Below, piece after piece: positions 31,081-42,783 of a stretch of 64,000 nucleotides of DNA (position 1 is the stretch's first letter; every line of letters begins with the position of its first letter). The translations under genes were made by a program, and so were the position numbers. The stretch is taken from positions 3,520,001-3,584,000 of the forward strand of contig CH464491.1 in NCBI GenBank assembly GCA_000002445.1, written 5' to 3'. The notes below the pieces were generated by a model. The model ran no database searches. It was given only the letters and a program-made list of their open reading frames with translations, and was not told the DNA's origin. Source of the DNA: Trypanosoma brucei (taxonomy: Eukaryota).

Positions 31081-32859
31081 CTACGCACGACCGACGGGGA
31101 TGTCGCGAATCGCCAACTCGACGGCGGTTTCTTCCCCCTCCACTGCCCTGCGCATGCGCTCAAGGACACTCTTCTTCTCCAGCACCTTGCGTTCCTCGTC
31201 TTCCACATACTGCATGGAGCGGTTAACGAACCGGTCACGCTCTTCAACGGATTTGACACCGTGTACCTGCAGCGGGTGTACGAACGGTGTTGCCGCTCGC
31301 TCGTACTTCTCCAAGATGGCTTTTTCGACACTGAGGAACAGCTGCTCACCAGCGTCTTGTGTTGCATTGAGGGCATTAATGACGCCTGTCACTCCCTTCA
31401 TCTGCTCTATGAGCTCCTCCAGCTCGGCGCGGTAATTATTCATGTTGGGGTCAAGGCTTTCCATCGAAGAGTTGCGGTTATGCTCGACAAGTCGTGACTG
31501 CCGCGACAGCGTGTCGTGGCGATGCATTTTCTTAACCGTCAGCTCGCCACAACATTCCACGAACGGATCGTAAGCCTCCATGAAGCCTTCCGCCTCTGTA
31601 TCGTTAACTTCGTTCCTCGCGTCGCGCAGTTTCTGCCACGGCAGCCGCTTAACCATCTCACCAACGTACGACTTGATCCCGGGCACAACCGACAATACCC
31701 GCTCGCAGTACTCGAGACATTTGAGAAGCCGCTGCTTCTGCTGAGTCCCCATATTGGCGAACTCGTTGTACGTCGTTATACGCCTCTCCTCTTCTTTCTT
31801 TGCCTTGATTTGTTCATCAACAATTTCCCTCTGTTTGGCTGTCAGTTGCACCAGCTCTGCAGCCTTCCGCTGTATTTCTTCTACCAACTTTTGCTTGGCC
31901 GAGATAACGGCGTAGAGGTTATCCTTCATTTCCCTTTCCTTCACCTTATATTCCTCCAAGCACTTTTCGTGTGTGGCGCCCTCTTGGAGAAGTTTGTCGG
32001 AGCATTTTTTTATGTCTTCCTGAATGACGTCTCGCTGGTTACTGTGGTAGTCTGTGAATTGTTGCAGGGCCTCGAGTGAGTCCCTCTCCAGCGCCTGAAG
32101 TTCGGCGATGAATCCCTTCTCCTGATTTTCCAAGTTTTGGGACAAGAATGCCTTCAGACGTTGCGCGCAAACTTCCACAAGTTCGTACCGTGCGGCGATA
32201 AGCTGTCTGTGTGTTCGCTCCACTTCAAGGACATCGCCGCCGACAACAGCGCGCTTGTGCGCCTCAATGGCATCCTGTACCTTCTTTTTGGCTGCATCAA
32301 GCGGGGGGTCGAACTCAGCGAGCTCCTCCCGCATCTTCCCGAGGAGATCTACGAACTGAATTTCGTACAGAGCACCGCAAAGCTCGGAGAGGTCACGGAT
32401 AATATCCCGCGGCTGATGTGGCTTGAGGATGTTGAGGTTCTCGCGAAGTAGCAGGAAGCGACCGCGGGGGAATTCCACGGTCGAGTCACGGAGTGTACTC
32501 AAGATGCTTTCCACGGCAACCACGTCCAGCGGCTGTCGCGATAAAAGCTCGGCAATCTTTTCCCTCGTCACCTCTTGTTCGCAGAACCTCATCACCTTTT
32601 CCTCGGTCCATCCACACGGTGCTTCGTGCTTGTAACGCTCACACATTTCAGAAGCGGCGCTGCGGAGGTCAAACCCCCGTGAGGAGAGGGGAAGGAGACG
32701 GCTATCAACATACCCAGAGTAGTTTTCTGCTGTTGCAATGGCAGTTTCGGCGAGCTCAATGAGTGCAGCGACGGCTCGGTGGTTTTCCTCCTCCTGAACG
32801 AGCCTCCTCGGATATTCAGGCGGCAAGAGGTTAAAACTGTTAAGTTGCACCTCGATCAT
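31081..32859 (-). CDS. hypothetical coiled-coil protein (592 aa)
   Basis: ATG at 32857-32859 checked. Long heptad-like E/K/L-rich central region; no enzymatic motif. Confidence 0.5.
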   Translation of the reverse strand: MIEVQLNSFNLLPPEYPRRLVQEEENHRAVAALIELAETAIATAENYSGYVDSRLLPLSSRGFDLRSAASEMCERYKHEAPCGWTEEKVMRFCEQEVTREKIAELLSRQPLDVVAVESILSTLRDSTVEFPRGRFLLLRENLNILKPHQPRDIIRDLSELCGALYEIQFVDLLGKMREELAEFDPPLDAAKKKVQDAIEAHKRAVVGGDVLEVERTHRQLIAARYELVEVCAQRLKAFLSQNLENQEKGFIAELQALERDSLEALQQFTDYHSNQRDVIQEDIKKCSDKLLQEGATHEKCLEEYKVKEREMKDNLYAVISAKQKLVEEIQRKAAELVQLTAKQREIVDEQIKAKKEEERRITTYNEFANMGTQQKQRLLKCLEYCERVLSVVPGIKSYVGEMVKRLPWQKLRDARNEVNDTEAEGFMEAYDPFVECCGELTVKKMHRHDTLSRQSRLVEHNRNSSMESLDPNMNNYRAELEELIEQMKGVTGVINALNATQDAGEQLFLSVEKAILEKYERAATPFVHPLQVHGVKSVEERDRFVNRSMQYVEDEERKVLEKKSVLERMRRAVEGEETAVELAIRDIPVGRA

Positions 32860-33847
32860 GTTTGTATGTTTGTTCTTCGGTTCCTTTTGCCTCTCAACAA
32901 CTACTCAACTATTACTGAAAATTGTATTCCTCTTTATTTTTTAAACTGCACGAAAGTACCCTGAGGCAAATCGGGTAACGAAAGAATTCAAGATGTAGGC
33001 AAAAGAAAGGGTGAAAGGATGAAACTCGCAACACAATGTGTGAGACGTAGACCCAGGATGGTCGCGACACGTAAGCGCTGGTAGGACAGTACATATCCGC
33101 TTGCGTGTGGGCACTGCATTCCTTAACCCACAGCATCCAGTTCACACACGTAATGGAGACGGGAGCCACCCTGCTTGATACGACGCAGCACACATATAAA
33201 AATAAATAAGTATATACGGAAAATGCCCCATTCCCAAGCTTCCAGCACAAACCGCCGCGGCGGCCTGCTGAGGCCTAATTCAAGTGAAAGCATTCGCCTC
33301 AAGTCCGTCCGGACATTAAGCGAGTGATTGACTGTGTGAGACTCAACCATGCACCAACTTGTGAGGACACGCGTGGTGAAGGAGGGGCACTGACTAACTG
33401 GGGTCTCACATTTCTTGTTTGATATGCGTGTATAAGACCCATTTGGTTGCGTTAATTATCCTCTTGAACCGCAACAAGGGGACTCAAAACCATCCCTTGA
33501 AGCGCTGGTGATATAAAAAGTTGGCGTAAACGTAAGATGTGTGTTTGGTATAGATGCCAAACAGAACTTCTGACTACCATAAATTACACATCGTGGCACA
33601 CTGGCACAACCTTCAGCTGTCACTCACCTGCAAGGGCCACCGCGGACACCTACTGCAAAACAAGCGAGCGCATCAAGTGAAAAATCATAAATTACATAAC
33701 TAAGAGGAAAGTGTGTGTGGAAATGAACTAATCTCGCCGGTGTCACGATTCCCACCCGGTTAACTTCGTTAAAAAAAACTAAAGTCGATAAAAAGCATTG
33801 TGAACGTAACCACAACCACCATTAGCGGCCGCATCTTTTCCCATATT

Positions 33848-34390
33848 TTAGGCTGTCAGGATTCCCTCTTTCCCCATAGCTAATCTGCCCTCTGCGAGCG
33901 CCGCCATGCACTGGTCAAAGGCGCTCTTCATGCAGTTTTCCTCTTCCATCCTTCCCTCACGCGCAGTGATCAGAACTTTCACGTCTCGTGGGAGTTGTGC
34001 TGCCGTCACACCCATCATGGTCAAGCCAAGCACTGGGATGGGAGTAAACACACGACAGAAGACTTTGTTAGACGTCATACCACTTACAAATGAATGTGCA
34101 GGATTGGCGTGACGGTACCCGCGCACTGTGAGCCACACACCTACGCAAAGCCAACAGCATTGCGTGGCGACTGTCCACGAAGCTATTTGACAGGCTGTGT
34201 GAAGTGCGTGGCGCCCTTCCCTATGCATCGCGTACAAGCGTGTAGCTTCTTCCATTCGACGAATGTATTCCGTCGGAATGCGACTGCGCTCCACTGCTGT
34301 AGTTTCCGTGAAAAATGGTGTGTCCGGTGGGTTTCTTGGGTCCCATTCTACGCTGTTTGGCGTACCTTGGACTACCTTTGACGGGTTCAT
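33848..34390 (-). CDS. hypothetical small protein with two predicted hydrophobic helices
   Basis: The track's first codon is GTG; ATG at 34388-34390 (MNPSKVVQG...). Hydrophobic segments IASWTVATQCCWLCVGVWLTV and FTPIPVLGLTMMGVTAA. Confidence 0.35.
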   Translation of the reverse strand: MNPSKVVQGTPNSVEWDPRNPPDTPFFTETTAVERSRIPTEYIRRMEEATRLYAMHREGRHALHTACQIASWTVATQCCWLCVGVWLTVRGYRHANPAHSFVSGMTSNKVFCRVFTPIPVLGLTMMGVTAAQLPRDVKVLITAREGRMEEENCMKSAFDQCMAALAEGRLAMGKEGILTA

Positions 34391-35719
34391 ATTCTTATAT
34401 ATGATTACCACGACCTCCACTGGCTTGCACACTACAACTTCACGAAGCAGAGAAGAAAAGTTTTTCTAGCTTGATACAGTGCAGCACAAGGCGAGCACAG
34501 ATGTTGTTCCTACCTGGGAGAACAACACAACATTACCAGAATGCAGAGGTAGTGTGGTCAACACCACCTACTTGGCAGCCACCCCGCCATTAACGTCGTA
34601 TTTTTCTCTCTTGTCACTCGCTGTTAGGTCCCACAATAGGGACCGAGTTATGGGAGAACCATTCATGCTATTACCCGATGTGAAGAAGCCATCATCGTTT
34701 TTTTTTTGTGTAGCGGGAAGTGCAGCACAAGCCACCCTTTCCCTCCCCCCTAGTTCCATCATTTCCCTCCTCGCCTTCCTAATACTTCTCCCATTGCTCG
34801 CTTGATCGCTCGTGAAGGACGCGCTGAGCAGGCAGCAACATGGAAGGTTGTGGCAATTTTTTTAAAAAAAAACAAGAAAACGAACAAAATAGTTAACCGG
34901 TGTAAGTGGGCACTCCGCTCATTCCGGTACCATCTTCTTTCAGTTACAAACCCCTGTGCAAGCGCACTCACATTCACCCTCACCATCTCTACTTTTTCCT
35001 TTTTTTTTCTTTTGCGGCATTTGCACCTTCCACATTTACGTATTCCACGCGTGCAGTAAAGAGAAGCATGTGCATCGCAAGTTTCTTATATTACACGATT
35101 CTCTTTCCTACTCCATTGCGCGGTCTTATTTCATTATCTCCGTCCTTCCCCACATCCTCCGCGGCCACGAGTGTAACTAGCTTTCACAGGTGTGTGAGCA
35201 TAAGATAAAGCTGCACTTATATCAAGAACTCGTTTTCCATACATCTGAACCACATTTGGAAGGATACACACGGAGAGACGAAAGCGCAACGTTGAACCAT
35301 CACACAAGCTTCAAAGCGGGGGCTCCATACCGCCGATACGCAAGACAAAATTGTTGACGGTGAAGTGAAATAACATAGGGAATAATAATCTTAACAGAGG
35401 AAGTGCTACTGCACATATACAGACGAACAAATAAGCAAGCAAAACGCAGCATAACACCCGTGGAAGAAAAGAGAGAATAGGAACAACCAGCAAAGTAATA
35501 ACTTAGTTTTACCGGCGGACAGAGTCTCTCTTTTCCCTATCCCTCGTTCTACACTTCCAAAAGGGGGATCACAGGTTAGCCCGCAGCTAGCTTTTCAGGT
35601 TGCCTAACTCACCTTTTACTTTTCGTTTTGTTTTCGTTTTCACCACCACTGTCAATTTTACTCCTTCACTTCCATTTCCACCAAACGCCTTATGCGTGTA
35701 TGGGCGCACGCCATCGTTT

Positions 35720-38569
35720 CTATTGTTCAGGTTTGCCGGTATGACGGTACTTTTTCCGTGCAGCACGATCATCTTCCAAACTCTGCAGCATGCAAGATGC
35801 AATTCTGTCTGCGTGTATACCAGAGTCCACGAGGTTCAACATGTTGGCTACAGTGCGAACAAACCCATTTTTTAAAGGTTTGTGCCCACTTACCGAATGC
35901 TGGATGTAGTACGTTGCTGTATTCAGCGTGCTTAGGATATGGGTTTGGTTGACAACAACTAATTGTGGAGGATGCAGTGATGCCGTGTGTTGTAGAAGTG
36001 GCTGCAGCCGCTCATAGAGCGCTGTCCGTTTGGCAACATCGACTTGTGCAGCAATTGGTTGTATAAGTTTCTCTACCGTGAATAATGTGGTGTAGTGATC
36101 GGAGATGTCGTACTCCAGTAGCTTGACCGATGAGGGAAGAACACCCTTCTTCTGACAATTGCCCAGAAGGCGAAGTGCCTTGTAATGATTCGCAGTTGCA
36201 GCACACGAACTATCGTGAATAAGAAGAAGGAATACACTCTCCTCTTTTGCTGCCTCACAACGGTTGTCTTCCACTTTCTGGTTGTAAGCTATCAGCGGCA
36301 CGCTTTCCCCCTCAGGGATCCACAAATACGATGGTGCAACACCTTTCACAGCACTAACCAAGATGCTTCGGTAGGTCACGCGCGCATCAGCGTTTGTTTC
36401 CTTGCTTATGCTATCGCGCAATCCTCTCAGTGCCTTGTACATTACCGACGGGGAGGGGGCACGAGGGGCTGGCATACAGTGCTTTGGTGATCCAACAGAC
36501 CCTCCTACATCACTATGGAAAAGTTGTCCCCACCCTCCCTTGGGTCCTTGCAGTTCACCATAGCCCATGTCCACCCCTCGCACATCACCATCAGAATTAA
36601 AAACGTACACTTCACAGTTAGTCACCGACATCTTTTCATCGAAGTCACGCCAGATGACCGTGCGTAGCTCTTTAGACAATTCTTCCGCCTCCTCAAAAGC
36701 CGCTGAAGCGAACTGGACATTCGTGTCACGGCGAGCCGTACCTGCTGCTCGCCGGGCCGCCCGCTCACACCCGGTGGCCCTCTCGGAACCTGTGGGTGGC
36801 AATACGACCAGTACTAAGAATCGATTATTTCCCCGGTCCTCCAATGATTCCTTTGATGCTCCGTGGGCACTCGTCAGCCCTTGACGTTGCCGTAACCGTC
36901 TCTTTAGAGCGAGGTACGACGTGCGGAAATGTCGCTCGTACACATGCTGCATGTTTAAGCCACTCACGGGCACCAAATATGCCTTTTCCGACATCATATC
37001 CTCTGCGTAATCCACGAGACGCGTCCCGACGGTGTTAACCCATGCCGAGAAGTTTGTCTTCCCACTCGGTGCGGGAAAACGCAGGGCAACTCCCGTAAAG
37101 TGATCAAGTGGAGAAGCCTTACTTTCACCCTTGGGCACCATTCTATCCAAAAGCAGGAGCCTTGTGTCGTCCGAAAGCGGAAATGCATGAAGTTGAGTTA
37201 TGAAGTCGGCCGTCACACCGGCTTGGGGGTCGTCAACCAAGAACTTTAAGCTCTCCAGCTTCAGTTCCTTTGTCTCGATGATATTCAGTGCTTTCCAGTT
37301 GATCGAGTGCGCCTCCTCCATCATTTCCTCTTGTACGAAGAAGGTGGGGATCTTTGTCCGAAGCTTGAAGTGGATGTCGTCATTTTCGAGGAGAATCTCG
37401 CGCATCGGAGAGGTACCACTCCCCTCATTGTAGCCTGAACCCTTGCACAGAATGAGGAGGAATCGGTCATACTTCCCCAGTACAGCGTCTATTTCCTCTT
37501 TCTTCGTCAGTTGCAAATGTGATGATGTATGTGCATGAACGAAGTTGATCAAGCCCTTCTCTGTTAAGGGTCCATCGTACCTGTGCACGTTTTTTTTTCC
37601 ACCTGAACAGAAGAAAAGGCTGGGAGAGTGGAGCGTCATTTTCAGTGTCTCGCTGCCGAAAAAGTGATATTCCCCGAAATCTGCCTTTCTGATAGCAGCT
37701 ATGACCTGCACGGGCCCCTCTGATTTCGCTGTTGGCCATAAAAATAGATGATTACGCCCCTCCCTTCCTGTCCCACCACCGGTAGACAAGGTGGCGAAGG
37801 CGTTGACGCGTGCAGTTACAACATTTGGTGCTTGGTTTTCGGATACCTTTGATAATATGCTGTTAAGAAGAACGTGCCAGCTCCCTTGTGGGGCTTCCTT
37901 GTAGGGGTTCATTGCTTCCGATAGTCGTTGCAAAAGTGCGATGTATTTATCCGTAGCCTCATCCCAATCACTAAATACAAGCAACAGCATTTCGCTAAAG
38001 AGGTGGTTCTCTACCGCCTCCGCGAAGGCGTTTTGGTCCAAATCGATAATTCCATCGTAGTAGGCAATATGGGCATCCTTGCGTCTGGAATCTTGTTTAT
38101 AGTAAGGCATAAGTTGCAATGGCCCTTCTACTTGTGGACCACTCTTCGCAGAATCGCTGTTATACACACGCGTGAGGAACCCACTCACCAGCTGTTTTTC
38201 GGACACACCCACATCCACAAGCGTTCTGCTCGTTACAGCACGCAGTCCGCTTCGACCTGCTTCAGCTAATGCAGCCTTCTGCACTTCAAGGATGTAGTCC
38301 CTTTCTTGCGGCCCCACAACCCTCGTCGAATACTCCGTTATTTTAGGCCCTAATTCATCAGGTTTCCATTCCCTTGAAGGAGCGACAGATCCGGGCGTGG
38401 AAGGCGGGGTAGCTGCGCTACTCGCGGAGTTCTTCGATGTTGACACGTCGGCATACAGCATAAATAAAATACTTAGTATGTACAGCGCAAAGGCAACGAC
38501 CACCACATGAAATAACAGCCGTTTGCGCCTCCGCAGCGAAACAAGCCTAGTAACAAACCCAGAGCCCAT
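35720..38569 (-). CDS. hypothetical type II (N-terminal signal-anchor) membrane protein, 949 aa
   Basis: ATG at 38567-38569 checked. N-terminal RRRKRLLFHVVVVAFALYILSILFMLYA anchor followed by a large hydrophilic domain; no recognised catalytic motif. Confidence 0.55.
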   Translation of the reverse strand: MGSGFVTRLVSLRRRKRLLFHVVVVAFALYILSILFMLYADVSTSKNSASSAATPPSTPGSVAPSREWKPDELGPKITEYSTRVVGPQERDYILEVQKAALAEAGRSGLRAVTSRTLVDVGVSEKQLVSGFLTRVYNSDSAKSGPQVEGPLQLMPYYKQDSRRKDAHIAYYDGIIDLDQNAFAEAVENHLFSEMLLLVFSDWDEATDKYIALLQRLSEAMNPYKEAPQGSWHVLLNSILSKVSENQAPNVVTARVNAFATLSTGGGTGREGRNHLFLWPTAKSEGPVQVIAAIRKADFGEYHFFGSETLKMTLHSPSLFFCSGGKKNVHRYDGPLTEKGLINFVHAHTSSHLQLTKKEEIDAVLGKYDRFLLILCKGSGYNEGSGTSPMREILLENDDIHFKLRTKIPTFFVQEEMMEEAHSINWKALNIIETKELKLESLKFLVDDPQAGVTADFITQLHAFPLSDDTRLLLLDRMVPKGESKASPLDHFTGVALRFPAPSGKTNFSAWVNTVGTRLVDYAEDMMSEKAYLVPVSGLNMQHVYERHFRTSYLALKRRLRQRQGLTSAHGASKESLEDRGNNRFLVLVVLPPTGSERATGCERAARRAAGTARRDTNVQFASAAFEEAEELSKELRTVIWRDFDEKMSVTNCEVYVFNSDGDVRGVDMGYGELQGPKGGWGQLFHSDVGGSVGSPKHCMPAPRAPSPSVMYKALRGLRDSISKETNADARVTYRSILVSAVKGVAPSYLWIPEGESVPLIAYNQKVEDNRCEAAKEESVFLLLIHDSSCAATANHYKALRLLGNCQKKGVLPSSVKLLEYDISDHYTTLFTVEKLIQPIAAQVDVAKRTALYERLQPLLQHTASLHPPQLVVVNQTHILSTLNTATYYIQHSVSGHKPLKNGFVRTVANMLNLVDSGIHADRIASCMLQSLEDDRAARKKYRHTGKPEQ

Positions 38570-38601
38570 TGGTGCTCTTCCACTTGCACTTTAAAACCCA
38601 G

Positions 38602-38622
38602 TATATATATATATATATATAT
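38602..38622. repeat. (TA)n microsatellite in the 5' UTR region of the upstream membrane-protein gene
   Basis: gtatatatatatatatatatatatgtg read directly. Confidence 0.85.
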
Positions 38623-39132
38623 GTGTTAATTTTGCACCTTCTGGTCTCTTATGGCAACCGACTGCACCGCTAGCTTTCTCACGGCTTCTTTCAGTTTCGG
38701 CGTTGTCGCTGAGCGCTTCCAACGCTACTCGCGACCAACAAAATACACTCTTGCTGTTGCTTGCAACGATAATGGGGGATATCTAAAGTTACAAAAGAGG
38801 TAAAATTGCGGAAATAACGGCAACATGTTGGCAGTAGGGTGCGCCCTCGAAGGTTTTCAGTTGTGATTGCGTGGGCATCCTGGGCAATACTGCAAAACCA
38901 ACACAACAACAGAGAGGGCACGGCGGCGTTGCAACTGATGTCCGACCACAAAATACTAATACACACGAGACCACATTTACGCCCCAAACAGACACTGACA
39001 ACCTTGTGTTATAGCAGCCAAACCGCGATTTTGGCACCACACGCACACCACACATCACACAGCGCAACAATTGTGCCACAAAGAAAAAAAACTGTTTTAA
39101 ATACGCAGAGGTTGTGCTGGGAAACCCCTGCT

Positions 39133-39798
39133 CTATGTAGAGTGCGCTTCGCCATTTTGCCCACGATCCGCGCCACTGCCATCCAAGGGAGTAAACATCC
39201 AGTCTCCACCACTTGGCCGGGGTCGCTTGCGTCCCTGGGGATTAGCGGTGCGAGTTGGTGAGGTGGGGCGCTCACCACTACTCCTGTTACCCAAAAAAGT
39301 GCTGTAGCGGGCCAACAACTTACTCTCAACATCGGGAACTACACTTGAACGCATCGAAGTCACTTCCTTCCCAGTAGCTGTCATCCGCGGGGAAAGCAAA
39401 ACAGTACTTATTCGTGTTTCCTCACTTGCCCCAAGCTCCGCCTGCACGGTTAACATAATGTTCTGCAGAGCAGTATTTTCCTCCCGAAGCGCAGCGACAT
39501 CATCGTGGAGTCCCCGTAACGCGACCTTGAAGAAGTTGCCTTGCCTTCGTTCTCGTTCATTTGCTTCTTCCGCTACCAACTGTTGACGCACGGCCTCCTC
39601 CGCCGCCTGTACGCACTGCTTCTGCAAGCGTTCGGCACCATGACGCTTTTCTCGGAGGAAAGTAATTTCAGCAAGCATAGCCTCATTCTCGGCTATGAGT
39701 TCATGCACAAAAGGGTCCTTAAGTGTTGACAATGAGAATCCCGTCGATTTCTGCACCGAGGCCTCTCCTTCCAGACCTTCACCATCTTCTTCACTCAT
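39133..39798 (-). CDS. hypothetical coiled-coil protein
   Basis: The track's first codon is TTG; ATG at 39796-39798 (MSEEDGEGLEG...). Coiled-coil region AENEAMLAEITFLREKRHGAERLQKQCVQAAEEAVRQQLVAEEANERERRQ. Confidence 0.4.
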   Translation of the reverse strand: MSEEDGEGLEGEASVQKSTGFSLSTLKDPFVHELIAENEAMLAEITFLREKRHGAERLQKQCVQAAEEAVRQQLVAEEANERERRQGNFFKVALRGLHDDVAALREENTALQNIMLTVQAELGASEETRISTVLLSPRMTATGKEVTSMRSSVVPDVESKLLARYSTFLGNRSSGERPTSPTRTANPQGRKRPRPSGGDWMFTPLDGSGADRGQNGEAHST

Positions 39799-40103
39799 CC
39801 AAAGGTGGAATGAAAGAACACTCGGTTTTATTTCTCCTTCACCCTCTTTTTGCCCCCGTCTCCCCGTCGCCACCCAACCACTATGCAATGAGGAAGGAGA
39901 GCCTCCTTTATGTTAAAGGGGAACATCAGAGTAAACAACAAAGGAAGAGCAACCGAGCGTGCACAGTCCAATATGCTGTGGAAAAAACCGATGAACAGGC
40001 TACACCGACGCGATGTCGTACAGAAGAATTGGTAAAAAATAACAATAATAATACGGGAATGTAAAGAAAAGGGAAGCGTCTGTTGATAGTGGGGGTTCGT
40101 TGC

Positions 40104-41618
40104 CTACTGTGTGAAGATACTAAACACCTCCTCCACGCTGTTTGCCCGACGGAACGTGCGCTCCCTCCCGACCTTCATGTAAACAGTGCCGTTGTCAATG
40201 TACACAAAAACGCATGGATTCCCGCTACCAGAGGCGGGGGCCACCCCCGCGTCGCAAATACGAAACACTTTGTGCCCATGACCTGACCGTGCGGCTGTCT
40301 CCTCGAAAAGTAGTAATCTGTCTTCCGTTACAGCAGAGAGAATGGCAGTTGTGATTTTCCCCCTTGACTGTTGCAGCATGGCATTATATCGCTTCTGCTG
40401 TGAGGTGGCACTACCGCAGCCGCTTAAAACACCAAGCTCAGCGTGGCCAAGAGACTCAACCACAATCAAGGCACGGTAGCTGGCGGTGCACCACACATGC
40501 GAAAGCGTGCGGAGCTCATTTGCCGGTACCACAGGGGATGCATCTCTTCCAGTGCTCACCCACATCTGCACAAGTGCCCGAAACGGTCCCGCAAAGGCGC
40601 TGCAGAACACCTCAGTCATACCTGCGCGCGGTGCTGCAGCAGCGGAAAAGGCACGCTCAACGGAGACAAGCAGTGCATCAAATAGTTGCTTCATGAAGCA
40701 TACACCCTTCTGGATTTCTCCCACTAACGTCGCACCTTGCTCCACACACGCCCCGACGAGCACGGCGTGTCGTACAAGTGTGCTACATGCACGACTGAAT
40801 TCTACAGCGCTTTCCCTTAAATAAACCTGTAGCAGTCCCGTGGCGATACTTTCTATTGGAGCAACGACATTCATTGCCGCAAGCGGATGGGCCGCATTAA
40901 GCGCTACGTATGGAATAAGTCCTGGAAACAGCAGCAACGAGTAGAGCGGCGCAATAGCATGCTCCCTCCCAGCATTTACCGACATTGGCAACCTACACAT
41001 CACTCGGATCACCTCCGCGTCAAATTGGTCAACAAACTCCTCAGGCATCCCTTCCCTCACCTTACGCAGCAGCAGGAGCAATGGATCTACTTCCCGGCGC
41101 AGTTGTTCCCGCAGGGGAAACGCTGATGCGTTCTCGGTTACGCCACATAGAGTTGTGCGGATTTCCTCCGCTTTAGCCATCCCATGAACCCAATCAGCAA
41201 AAAGGGCTGCACGAAGTAACAAAAGAGTGAGCGCTGCGCCACTCGACCACAACTCCTCCACTCCCCCGTTCCACACCCTACGGACTCCCACCAAACCTTC
41301 AACAACGCGACTGAGGAGCGGATATGTTGCTCCGTTCTGTCGCCTTCGCTGCATGGTGCTCGATGGCTGCCTCGACTCCTTCTGAATACGCTGGCAAACA
41401 TCTCCAGCTGCATCAACGAAGGCAGAGAAATCAGCAAGGTTACGCAGCTCCTGCACGGTGGTTGCAAAACCGGAAGAACCCACCGTCGATGACGACTGGA
41501 GGTGCTGTTGTTGTGGCGGTGGTGGGCCCCGCGACCGCTCGTTTAACAACAATAGAGAGCGCTGAGACACCCGAAGTGCTTCGTTGAAGAGGGCATCAAC
41601 TTCAGTCCTCGAAAACAT
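40104..41618 (-). CDS. hypothetical protein (504 aa)
   Basis: ATG at 41616-41618 checked; continuous ORF on the unit's coding strand; no recognised domain. Confidence 0.45.
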   Translation of the reverse strand: MFSRTEVDALFNEALRVSQRSLLLLNERSRGPPPPQQQHLQSSSTVGSSGFATTVQELRNLADFSAFVDAAGDVCQRIQKESRQPSSTMQRRRQNGATYPLLSRVVEGLVGVRRVWNGGVEELWSSGAALTLLLLRAALFADWVHGMAKAEEIRTTLCGVTENASAFPLREQLRREVDPLLLLLRKVREGMPEEFVDQFDAEVIRVMCRLPMSVNAGREHAIAPLYSLLLFPGLIPYVALNAAHPLAAMNVVAPIESIATGLLQVYLRESAVEFSRACSTLVRHAVLVGACVEQGATLVGEIQKGVCFMKQLFDALLVSVERAFSAAAAPRAGMTEVFCSAFAGPFRALVQMWVSTGRDASPVVPANELRTLSHVWCTASYRALIVVESLGHAELGVLSGCGSATSQQKRYNAMLQQSRGKITTAILSAVTEDRLLLFEETAARSGHGHKVFRICDAGVAPASGSGNPCVFVYIDNGTVYMKVGRERTFRRANSVEEVFSIFTQ

Positions 41619-42783
41619 TTACAGTACTATAACTTTATTTGATTTTTTCGAAGGAGGTAGTCAAACAAAAATGCAAGAGAAAAAAGTGTGGGTATATTCA
41701 CAGTTCCCTGGAGAAGATGATTCGAGGGGTAAATCCGACAACCTATCTCAATAATAAACCACTTTTTCTGATAGTAGACATGGGGAGTTATAAGTAACAA
41801 AAGGAACAACGTTTGTACCTGCATATCTGTATACGTGACACTGTACCTCCACTACTAACAGCCAAGTCATACGAGTTACGAAAAAAAAGGTAGGATGCCG
41901 GTTCCATTAAAAACCCGAGCACTTTAATACCGAGGGCAAAGGTGCGGCAACAACACCGGGGAAGGGTAAAAACATAAAAAGACACAGAAGAATGAGAGCT
42001 GAAGTATACAAACACGGCGGCGCACAAAACAAAAACAACAACTTTTTACGCTCGAAAAACAGTTAACGGAAGATGGGAGCAGCCCCACTTATTTCGCTGC
42101 GATGCACCATTCACCTAACGAACTTCCCTTCAACTGCACGGGAACACCTCTCTCTGCTTTATTTTCTCATGTACAACACCATTTTTTTCTTTCCGTGCAA
42201 ATTCTTTTTACACCCTCCCTCCTGTTTCTGTAGCTAGCGTTCCAAGGCGACGCGGGCCCAGGAGGCGGGCCGAGGTCTCCGACTGTCATAACAGTTTGCA
42301 TATTTACTGCCTCGATTGCTTCCACTTCTCACTTGCACGGAAGATCGTTTATCAGCTTTCCTCCTTTACGATAAAAGGAGTGTATAGACATTAAGGGTTA
42401 AAGGGAAGAACAAACCCATGCCACAAAGGAGCCACGGCACTTGTCCACCTGAACAACAAAGTATAAAAGCTCCCACCGGACCAAATGGTCGAGAATGGGA
42501 GATGGGACGAAGAAATTAAAGGACAGTAACAACGTCACAGGGGGCACAATTGAGCCCGTCGCCGAGAGGGCACCACCGACAAAAAAAATCAGTAGAAAAC
42601 ACACTTTCACCCCACGAGACGGCAGCTATTTAAATATTGTTTTCATATCACCACGCTAGCATCCAGGCACGTACACAAAGATTGTCAAAGTTCGCATTAC
42701 TCACTTTGAACCTCATAGTGTGCTGCCGCTCCTCCTTCATCCACTTGATCACGAAACCTCATACTTTCCCGTACTGCCTGCCA